NCBI GenBank assembly: GCA_045863395.1
Contig: BTVJ01000013.1
Coordinates: 1-64,000 of the forward strand
Direction: 5' to 3'
Length of the DNA: 64,000 bases
Source of the DNA: Myxococcales bacterium
GTDB taxonomy: Bacteria; Myxococcota_A; UBA9042; JABWCM01; BTVJ01
The notes under the pieces were generated by a model. That model was given only the letters and a program-made list of their open reading frames with translations, was not told where the DNA came from and did not search any database. Below are positions 56,273 to 64,000 of the stretch, in pieces (the first letter of the stretch is position 1; each line of letters opens with the position of its first letter). The position numbers and the translations under genes are program-made.

Positions 56273-57223
56273 ATGGCGGACAACCTCCACAAGTTCCTGG
56301 GAGCCTACTCCATCCTGAACACCATCGCCGAGGGGGGCATGGGCTCGGTGTTCCTGGCCGAGCAGCACGGGGCGATGGGCTTCTCCAAGACGGTCGCCAT
56401 CAAGATGGTGCTGAAGGACCTGGTGGACGACCCCATGTTCCGGGATCTGTTCGTCAGCGAGGCCAAGCTGACGGCCGACCTGATCCACGAGAACATCACC
56501 CAGGTCTACCAGCTCATCGACATGGCCGGGTCGCTGGCAATCGTCATGGAGTACGTGCACGGCGTCACGCTGGACGACATCAACGACCGCCTGGACGAGG
56601 TGGACGACTACCTGCCGCCGGACATCGCCGCCTTCCTGGTCAGCCGGGTCGCCCGCGCCCTGGCCTACGCCCACACGAAGACCAGCCGCGACGGCCGCCC
56701 GCTCGGGGTCGTCCACCGGGACGTGACGCCTCCCAACATCCTGGTCAACTGGCAGGGGGTGGTGAAGCTGTCGGACTTCGGCATCGCCAAGGCGGCCACG
56801 CGTCGCGGCCCCGACGAGCGGAGCCACCTGATCGGCAAGATCCCGTACCTGTCGCCGGAGCAGGCGCGCATGGAGGGCGCTGACGCCCGCAGCGACATCT
56901 ACGCGCTCGGGCTCGTCTTCTACGAGGCGCTCACCGGGCGCGCCGCCTTCAACGCCGAGACGGTGGAGGAGGTGGTCGGCATGCACGAGCGCAACGTGAT
57001 CACCAGCGTGCGCAAGTACAACCCGGACATCCCGAAGCAGCTCGAAGACATCCTGCTCCGGATGCTCGCCTACCACCCGCGGAACCGCTACCAGACGGCG
57101 GCGGAGGTCACGCTGTCGCTGGAGACCTACCTCTACCACGACCGCTACGGGCCGACCAACGAGAAGCTCCGCGACTACCTGGCAGGGCTCTTCCCCGAGA
57201 AGGACCGCGCTCGCATCGTGTAG
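56273..57223 (+). CDS. Stand-alone Hanks-type Ser/Thr protein kinase
   Basis: AEGGMGSV, VAIK, HRDVTPPN, DFG, YLSPEQ, DIYALG. Confidence 0.95.
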   Translation: MADNLHKFLGAYSILNTIAEGGMGSVFLAEQHGAMGFSKTVAIKMVLKDLVDDPMFRDLFVSEAKLTADLIHENITQVYQLIDMAGSLAIVMEYVHGVTLDDINDRLDEVDDYLPPDIAAFLVSRVARALAYAHTKTSRDGRPLGVVHRDVTPPNILVNWQGVVKLSDFGIAKAATRRGPDERSHLIGKIPYLSPEQARMEGADARSDIYALGLVFYEALTGRAAFNAETVEEVVGMHERNVITSVRKYNPDIPKQLEDILLRMLAYHPRNRYQTAAEVTLSLETYLYHDRYGPTNEKLRDYLAGLFPEKDRARIV

Positions 57224-58740
57224 AGCATGAGCAGGACGACGATGGCGGCCGATCCCCACAGGAAGACGTCGCCGAACTGCCTGTAGAAGCTCCAGACCGA
57301 GCGGATCTCTACTGAACCGCGCAAGATGGCCATCTCATAGACGCCCGTGCGCCCCGTGATCTCGCCCGTCGCGTCCACGAAGGCGCTGACGCCGCTGTTG
57401 GTGGAGCGGATGAGCGGGATGCGCTGCTCCACGGCGCGGGTCACCTGGACCATGAGGTGCAGCTCGGGCGCGGCGGTGCGGCCGAACCACACGTCGTTGG
57501 TCAGGTTCAGGATGGCGTCGGCCCGCGGCTCCACGTTGGCGGCGTCGCGCACGAAGCCGGGGAAGATCGCCTCGTAGCAGATGGTGGGCAGCAGCGACCG
57601 GCCAGCCACCACGAAGGGCACGTGCCGCTCGCCGGCCACGAAGTCGCTGACGTTCTTCACGGCGTTTCGCAGCGAGGGGAAGGTGTCTGACAGGGGCATG
57701 AACTCGCCGAAGGGCACGAGCCGGCGCTTGTCATAGATGAGCGGCGGACCGCGATCCACGAAGACGGCCGCGTTGCGCACCCGGTCGTCGTCGCCCACCA
57801 TCAGCGAGCCGAAGACCACGGGTACCCCGGAGCTGCGAATCTCGTGCATGAAGCGGCGCCCGAAGTGGATCTTGATCGGCTCCCCCTCGGCCGGCGCGAT
57901 GCGCTCAACGTTCGGCACGAAGTAGAACGGGAAGCCCCCCTCCGGCAGCACGACCAGGTCCAGCGGCTCGCCCCGCACCTCCCGCAGCAGGTTCACCGAT
58001 TTGTCGTACAGCACCTGCCGGGCCATGCCCTTGAGGTCGCCCTTCTCCTCGCCGGTCATGAAGGGCTGGAGCAGCGCGACCCGCAGGGTGGCCTCGGGAG
58101 CGCTGCCGCGGATCGACGCGATGCGCCACGCGCCGTAGCCCGCGACCGCGACCATCACGCCCGCCAGGACGGCGACGGGGGGAAGTGCGGCGCGCCACCC
58201 CCGGTCCCGGCGGCGCACCGACGCGTCGACCAGGGCTGCAGCGGCGCCGTAGCACAGGGCCGACAGGCCGTAGATGCCGATCAGGTCCGCCACCTGCGTC
58301 AACGTGATGGTGCGGTAGAGCGCGTTGCCCAGGTACCAGGGAAACAAGTGCGGGAACAGGGCCTCGACCACCGCCGCCGTGATGGCGACCGCGAAGGGCC
58401 AGGCGCGCCCCGTATGGAGACGGACCGGCTCCACGGCCAGCGCGATGAAGCCCTGGCAGAGCCCGTGGGCGAGAGAGAACGCGAGGAGCACCAGCGCCGC
58501 GAGCCACGGGGGCAGGCTGCTCATGATGCGCGCCGTGTCGTAGATCCAGGTGTAGACGCCTGCGTGCAGCACGAAGCCGGCGAGCCAGCCTGCGAAGAAG
58601 CGGTCCCGAGGTCGCCTGTCGCGGAGGACCAGGAACAGCGGCACGTAGGCCACGAGGGCGAGCGGCCAGAGCGAGAACTCCGGGAAGGCCAGGGTGCCGA
58701 GGGTTCCGGTGAGCGCGGCGGCGAGCAGGATGCGTCCCAT
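57175..58740 (-). CDS. lnt: Apolipoprotein N-acyltransferase
   Basis: TM N-terminus, VLPE, YDKRRLVPFGEFMP, ICYEAIF, NLTNDVWFG, RAVE, RSTNSGVS. Confidence 0.96.
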   Translation of the reverse strand: MGRILLAAALTGTLGTLAFPEFSLWPLALVAYVPLFLVLRDRRPRDRFFAGWLAGFVLHAGVYTWIYDTARIMSSLPPWLAALVLLAFSLAHGLCQGFIALAVEPVRLHTGRAWPFAVAITAAVVEALFPHLFPWYLGNALYRTITLTQVADLIGIYGLSALCYGAAAALVDASVRRRDRGWRAALPPVAVLAGVMVAVAGYGAWRIASIRGSAPEATLRVALLQPFMTGEEKGDLKGMARQVLYDKSVNLLREVRGEPLDLVVLPEGGFPFYFVPNVERIAPAEGEPIKIHFGRRFMHEIRSSGVPVVFGSLMVGDDDRVRNAAVFVDRGPPLIYDKRRLVPFGEFMPLSDTFPSLRNAVKNVSDFVAGERHVPFVVAGRSLLPTICYEAIFPGFVRDAANVEPRADAILNLTNDVWFGRTAAPELHLMVQVTRAVEQRIPLIRSTNSGVSAFVDATGEITGRTGVYEMAILRGSVEIRSVWSFYRQFGDVFLWGSAAIVVLLMLYTMRARSFSGKSPAR

Positions 58741-58905
58741 GGGCGCAACCCACTATCAGATTTCGCCACGCGGGACCATTGCCAGCGGAGCGGAACGGCG
58801 CGATGCTCCCCGATTGACTTGCTGCGGGGGCCGAAGTAGGTTACGCGCCCTTTCGTCTGCTTCGGGACCACCGTGCGTGACGGGGCGCAACGAGGAGGTG
58901 CGACG

Positions 58906-60117
58906 ATGAGCCGGCCGTTCAAGACCATCGACGACATCGAGGTCGAGGGGAAGCGCGTGTTCGTGCGGGTGGACTTCAACGTCCCTCTCGACGGGGACCG
59001 CACCATCACGGACGACTCGCGCATCCAGGCGTCGCTCCCCACGCTGCGGCAGCTCCGTGACCGCGGGGCGCGGCTGGTGCTGGCGAGCCACCTGGGGCGC
59101 CCGAAGGGCAAGCGCAAGCCCGAGCTGAGCCTGGAGCCGGCGGGGGCCCGCCTCGCAGAGCTCATGGACCAGGAGGTCCTGTTCCCCGACGACTGCATCG
59201 GGGACGGACCCAAGAAGCTCGTCCAGAACCTGCGTGACGGCCAGATCCTGCTGCTCGAGAACCTCCGCTTCCACCCGGAGGAGGAGGCCGGCGACGACAC
59301 CTTCGCTCGCCACCTGGCGTCCTTCGCCGACCTCTACGTCAACGATGCCTTCGGCACCGCGCACAGGGCGCATGCGTCGGTCACCGGCGTGCCCAAGCAC
59401 CTGCCGGACAAGGCGGCGGGGCTGCTGATGGCCCGGGAGCTGGACTACCTGTCCCGCCTGCTGAAGGGCCCCGAGGCGCCCTTCGTGCTGGTGCTCGGCG
59501 GCGCCAAGGTCAGCGACAAGATCGGGGTGCTCGAGAACATGCTGTCGCGGGTCCAGGCCATCGTGGTCGGTGGCGCCATGAGCTACACGTTCCTCGCGGC
59601 GCGAGGCGTGGCGCTGGGGGCCTCGCGGGTCGAGGTGGACAAGGTGCAGCTCGCCGAGCGCATCCTCCACAAGGCGGAGGCGCGCGGAATTCCGCTCGTG
59701 CTGCCGGTGGACCACCTGGTCGTCAAGGTGGTGGACGCCGCGTCCCCGGCCCGCGTGGTCAAGAACGGCGAGCTGGAGCCGGACGACATCGCGGTGGACA
59801 TCGGCCCCGCCACGGCCGCGGCGTTCTGCGACCACATCGGCGCTGCCCGGACCATCTTCTGGAACGGCCCCATGGGCATCTTCGAGATGGACGCCTTCGC
59901 CAAGGGCACGGAGACGGTCGCTCACGCCATCGCCAAGGGCAACGCGCTGAGCGTGGTGGGCGGCGGCGACAGCGTGGCCGCCGTGCGCAAGACGGGCGTC
60001 ACGCCGTTCATCAGCCACATCTCGACGGGGGGCGGCGCCTCCCTGGAGCTGCTGGAGGGCCAGGACCTCCCGGGCGTGGCGGCGCTGCGCATCGGCCGCC
60101 ACGGGCAGGAGGGCTGA
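58906..60117 (+). CDS. pgk: Phosphoglycerate kinase
   Basis: RVDFNVP, SHLGRP, LENLRF, NDAFGTAHR, GGAKVSDK, WNGPMG, STGGGASLE. Confidence 0.99.
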   Translation: MSRPFKTIDDIEVEGKRVFVRVDFNVPLDGDRTITDDSRIQASLPTLRQLRDRGARLVLASHLGRPKGKRKPELSLEPAGARLAELMDQEVLFPDDCIGDGPKKLVQNLRDGQILLLENLRFHPEEEAGDDTFARHLASFADLYVNDAFGTAHRAHASVTGVPKHLPDKAAGLLMARELDYLSRLLKGPEAPFVLVLGGAKVSDKIGVLENMLSRVQAIVVGGAMSYTFLAARGVALGASRVEVDKVQLAERILHKAEARGIPLVLPVDHLVVKVVDAASPARVVKNGELEPDDIAVDIGPATAAAFCDHIGAARTIFWNGPMGIFEMDAFAKGTETVAHAIAKGNALSVVGGGDSVAAVRKTGVTPFISHISTGGGASLELLEGQDLPGVAALRIGRHGQEG

Positions 60118-60120
60118 CGG

Positions 60121-60873
<753 letters not shown>

Positions 60874-60913
60874 AAGACAGCGACCCGACAGTGGGCGCCC
60901 CGGAGGACCAAGC

Positions 60914-61363
60914 ATGTTCTACACGTTCATCGTCATCGTGCACATCGGCGTGTGCGCCTTCCTGATCCTCACCGTGCTGCTCCAGGCCGGCAAGGGCGGC
61001 GGCATGGGGGCGCTCGGCGGCGGCGGCAGCGCCACCGTCTTCGGCGGCCGCGGCGCGAGCACCTTCCTCAGCAAGCTCACGTCTGCCTCTGCGGCGACGT
61101 TCATGGTGCTGGCCATCGTCCTCGCGCGTATGAGCCTCGACACCAGCGCCATCGACGTCGACAAGGCCAACGTCACCGAGACGGTCGGCGAAGGCGCAGA
61201 AGGCGCAGCGGGAGCGGCACCAGCAGAGGGGGCGCCCGCCGAGGGAGCACCCGCCGAGGCGCCGACCCCCGCGCCCACCGAGGCGGCCCCGACCCCCGCG
61301 CCCACCGAGGCGGCCCCGACCCTCGCGCCCACCGAGGCGGCGCCCACGCCTCCGTCCGAGTAG
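60914..61363 (+). CDS. secG: Preprotein translocase subunit SecG with Pro/Ala/Thr-rich tail
   Basis: VLLQAGKGGG...VFGGRGA..FLSKLT; located after tpiA; three 27-bp PTPAPTEAA repeats at 61262-61342. Confidence 0.95.
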   Translation: MFYTFIVIVHIGVCAFLILTVLLQAGKGGGMGALGGGGSATVFGGRGASTFLSKLTSASAATFMVLAIVLARMSLDTSAIDVDKANVTETVGEGAEGAAGAAPAEGAPAEGAPAEAPTPAPTEAAPTPAPTEAAPTLAPTEAAPTPPSE

Positions 61364-61431
61364 GGCGCCTCATGCCGCACCGCGGCGCATCCCCGACGCT
61401 GCGCCGGTGGCCTGCACGATGAGAGTTTCTG

Positions 61432-61460
61432 TTGACAAGGCGCATGATGCGACCTATAAA
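61432..61460 (+). promoter_or_regulatory. Sigma70 promoter TTGACA-N17-TATAAA for the tRNA
   Basis: Near-consensus hexamers 25 nt upstream of the tRNA. Confidence 0.85.
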
Positions 61461-61485
61461 CCGGGCACTTCCGGGCGTCCGGACT

Positions 61486-61573
61486 GCGAGAATGGTGAAA
61501 TTGGTAGACACGCAAGGTTGAGGGCCTTGTGGCCATTGCGGCCGTGGGGGTTCGAGTCCCCCTTCTCGCACCA
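61486..61573 (+). tRNA. tRNA-Leu(GAG)
   Basis: GCGAGAA/TTCTCGC acceptor stem, CAAGG-TTGAGGG-CCTTG anticodon arm, long variable arm, GGTTCGAGTCC T-arm, encoded CCA. Confidence 0.97.
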
Positions 61574-62003
61574 GCTCCTCCTCTCCATCTCCCTCTCTCT
61601 GTCACTCCTCGCGTGCTCCCAGAGCCCGAGCGAGTCGCTGCAGGCGACGTTCCAGGCTGCCGGCGACGGCGACTTCGACGCGTTCCGGGACGGCTTCACG
61701 CGCCGCTCCGGGAACTTCCTGGCGGGCCTCGACGCGGCCGCCGCACAGGGTCACGCTGCGTTCTCCTTCCACGCCATGAGGGGCACACCCACCATCCTGG
61801 CGGAGCAGCCCATCGGCCAGGTGGTTGTCGTTCAGGCCCGGCTAGGCAACGTCACGCTGCCGTTCCCCATGGTGGAGGAGCGCGGGCGGTGGCGCATCGA
61901 CCTGCGCACCGCGGTCGAGCTGTGGTACCGCTTCGGGTCCGGCCCCTTTGCGCCGGCGCTCCCCGACTCGCCTGGACGCTTCGGGGGGCCGGAGGTACAG
62001 TAG
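61536..62003 (+). CDS. Lipoprotein (NTF2-like/DUF4878-like), paralog 1 of 3; start uncertain and overlapping the tRNA
   Basis: LLLSISLSLSLLAC lipobox directly after the tRNA CCA; SPSE...GDFDAF...TRRS...ERGRWRID; in-frame starts only inside or upstream of the tRNA. Confidence 0.6.
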   Translation: MRPWGFESPFSHQLLLSISLSLSLLACSQSPSESLQATFQAAGDGDFDAFRDGFTRRSGNFLAGLDAAAAQGHAAFSFHAMRGTPTILAEQPIGQVVVVQARLGNVTLPFPMVEERGRWRIDLRTAVELWYRFGSGPFAPALPDSPGRFGGPEVQ

Positions 62004-62008
62004 GCGCC

Positions 62009-62404
62009 GTGGGCCTGCGACCAACCATCTACGCGCTCCTGCTCGTGCTCCTCGTGTCGGCGTGCGCCGAGACGCCCTCCGAGGCGTACGTCCGCGCTCG
62101 CACCACCGCCGAGGCCAAGGACGAGGACGCCTTCCTCGCGCACATGACCAGGCGCTCCGCCGCGCTGCTCCGCTCCCTGGAGGCGACGCGCAAGGACACG
62201 GCCGGTCGCCTTGCGTGGCTGTCGTCGCCCTTCGACGTCCACGCCTTCGGCGAGGTCGTCTCGGAGGAGCGCTTCGACGAGGCGGCGGTGCTCGTCGTGG
62301 AGGGGCGCGGGCGGAGGGAGCGGGTGCTGATGCGCCTGGAGCGCGGGAGCTGGAAGATCGACGCCCTGGAGCTGGCGAGCTTCTGGCGACCCCTGGAGCG
62401 ATAG
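62009..62404 (+). CDS. Lipoprotein, paralog 2 of 3
   Basis: LLVSAC lipobox; TPSE...DEDAF...TRRS...ERGSWKID. Confidence 0.8.
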   Translation: MGLRPTIYALLLVLLVSACAETPSEAYVRARTTAEAKDEDAFLAHMTRRSAALLRSLEATRKDTAGRLAWLSSPFDVHAFGEVVSEERFDEAAVLVVEGRGRRERVLMRLERGSWKIDALELASFWRPLER

Positions 62405-62412
62405 GAGCGCCC

Positions 62413-62823
62413 ATGAAGAAGCTGCTCGTGGTGCTCATCCTGGCGGCGCTGGTCGCTGGCGGCTGGTGGGCGTGGGACCGCTGGTTCCGCGGCGGCTCCC
62501 CCTCCGACGCCTACCGGCGCATGGTCAACGCTGCGCGGCTCGGCGATGAGGACACCTTCCTGGAGGGCTTCACCGAGAAGAGCCGCCCCCTCGTCAAGGC
62601 GCTCATCGCGCTCTCCCGCGACTACGAGGTGGTGCGCGAGGATCCCTACGAGCGCATCGTGCTCTCCGATGTGGTGGGCGAGACGGTGGAGGGGGACCGC
62701 GCGACCATCGTGACGGAGCAGGGCCGCAAGACGCGCGAGATCCGCATGACGAAGGTCGATGGGCGCTGGCAGATAGACGCCTTCGACCTGGACGAGGACT
62801 GGAGCCGCCCGGGCGCCCCGTGA
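62413..62823 (+). CDS. Membrane-anchored protein, paralog 3 of 3
   Basis: AGGAG RBS, TM anchor; SPSD...GDEDTF...TEKS...VDGRWQID. Confidence 0.85.
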   Translation: MKKLLVVLILAALVAGGWWAWDRWFRGGSPSDAYRRMVNAARLGDEDTFLEGFTEKSRPLVKALIALSRDYEVVREDPYERIVLSDVVGETVEGDRATIVTEQGRKTREIRMTKVDGRWQIDAFDLDEDWSRPGAP

Positions 62824-62857
62824 CCCACCGTTGGGCTACAACGAGCGAGGAGGACCG

Positions 62858-63097
62858 ATGGCAGAGGTGCTTCGACGAGTGACCGTGGACCGCATCGAGG
62901 GGAGCATTGCGGTGCTCCTCGACGGCGACTCCCAGGTGGACGTGCCGGTCGCGTGGCTCCCGAGCGGGACCGGCGAGGGCGCCGCGCTCACCGTGACCCT
63001 GGCGCTGGACGCCGAGAGCGAGGACGCCCTGCGCGCCCGGATCAAGGCCACGCAGCAGCGCCTGGTGAGCGGCGGCGACGACGAGATCGACCTCTGA
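62858..63097 (+). CDS. DUF3006-like small protein
   Basis: GAGGAGG RBS; TVDRIEGSIAVLL...WLPSGTGEG pattern. Confidence 0.8.
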   Translation: MAEVLRRVTVDRIEGSIAVLLDGDSQVDVPVAWLPSGTGEGAALTVTLALDAESEDALRARIKATQQRLVSGGDDEIDL

Positions 63098-64000
63098 CCC
63101 TGCGCCTGGTCCAGGCGAGCCCGCTGCACCGGCTCCTGGCGGACGGACCGGCGGACGCACCGCTCCTGGTCACGCGCTTGATGCCCCCGCTGCCCGGGCT
63201 CGGGGTCCAAAGCGCCCTGGAGGTGGCAAGCGACTTCGCCGCGCGACGGCCATCGCACCCCGCGCTCCCGCCAATCCTCACCGTTCGAGCCGGCCCAGGC
63301 GGCAGCGCCGAGTGGGTGGAGCCCATGCCCCACGGGGTCAGCCTCGCCGCGTTGCTCGAGGACGGCCCCCTGCCCCCTTCATCGGCGCTCCCCCTGCTGG
63401 GTCGGATCGCTGACGCCCTGGCCGCCATGCACGGTGCGGGCCTCTCCCAGCTCTGCATCTTGCCGGAGCGCGTCGTCATCGGCGCCGGCGGACAGGTCAC
63501 CCTGGTCGGCGCCGGCCTCGTGGACGCCTTGCGGACGCTCTCCCCCGGGATCCGCTTCCCGGGGGCGCAGTGGGAGCACCTGCACCCCGTGCCGGCCCTC
63601 ACTTCCCCGGAGCTCCTCCAGGGCGAGTCGGGCGAGCGGGTGGACGTGTTCGCCCTGGCCGCCCTCGCCTTCCTGTGCCTCACAGGGGGCCTCCCGTTCG
63701 TCGGCGGCGCCCTGGCCGTGTGGCGTGCCAGCCAGAGGGGCGAGGCCAGAGAGGCGAGCGATGTCTGCCCCGCGGTGAGCCGGGCCCTGTCGACGGCGCT
63801 GCGCCAGGGGCTCGGCGCGCACCCGTCACAGCGCCCGGAGAGCCCCCACGCGCTCCTCGACCTCCTGCGCATCGCGGCGGGCTCGCCCCGGGACGCGGCC
63901 GTCCATCTCGGACGACACCACCCGACCTGGTGGGACGCCCGACTCCCCACCGTGTCGGTCGACCCGGGCGACGACCCGTCGGGGAGCCTCCGCACGGCCC
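63094..64000 (+). CDS. Degenerate Ser/Thr kinase-like protein (pseudokinase), runs off the window
   Basis: Open frame with HPALPPI, GVSLAALL, IADALAAMH, SPELLQG, DVFALAALAFLCLTGGLPF; HRD and DFG absent; start CTG 63094 or ATG 63181. Confidence 0.65.
   Translation, partial: MTLRLVQASPLHRLLADGPADAPLLVTRLMPPLPGLGVQSALEVASDFAARRPSHPALPPILTVRAGPGGSAEWVEPMPHGVSLAALLEDGPLPPSSALPLLGRIADALAAMHGAGLSQLCILPERVVIGAGGQVTLVGAGLVDALRTLSPGIRFPGAQWEHLHPVPALTSPELLQGESGERVDVFALAALAFLCLTGGLPFVGGALAVWRASQRGEAREASDVCPAVSRALSTALRQGLGAHPSQRPESPHALLDLLRIAAGSPRDAAVHLGRHHPTWWDARLPTVSVDPGDDPSGSLRTA

Noticed and set aside
61486..64000. Genomic island integrated at tRNA-Leu
   Set aside because: No integrase, no duplicated tRNA 3' end and no evident composition shift within the window

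Overview
Very high-GC bacterial DNA that begins 100 nt upstream of dnaA. Gene content (Asp/Pro-rich linker lipoproteins, Cys-rich CDDGxxCTxDxC repeats, Hanks-type kinases, sigma-54 promoters, pgk-tpiA-secG-tRNA-Leu) points to a Myxococcota/deltaproteobacterial genome; this is an inference. About 50 genes are supported: housekeeping genes (dnaA, maf, rsmG, lnt, pgk, tpiA, secG, tRNA-Leu(GAG)), many unknown lipoproteins, a fused double Ddl-like ligase with a DmpA-type peptidase, an MMPL/LolA-like/beta-barrel trio, a TetR-controlled ThDP/SDR cluster, a fibre-like Gly-rich protein, and a norR-qNor locus with its complete cis-regulatory region. The main candidate system is a porin-cytochrome operon (23.7-29.3 kb): a beta-barrel, an 11-heme periplasmic cytochrome and a lipoprotein with six 5-heme modules (30 heme motifs), with a perfect FNR box in the upstream intergenic region. 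Other oddities are a lipoprotein whose start must lie inside or upstream of the tRNA gene, an internally deleted BASS-transporter remnant, and a Cys-repeat gene that has lost its N-terminus. No mobile element, CRISPR array or rRNA was seen. Family names come from motif recognition, not database searches, and several start codons were reassigned by eye.
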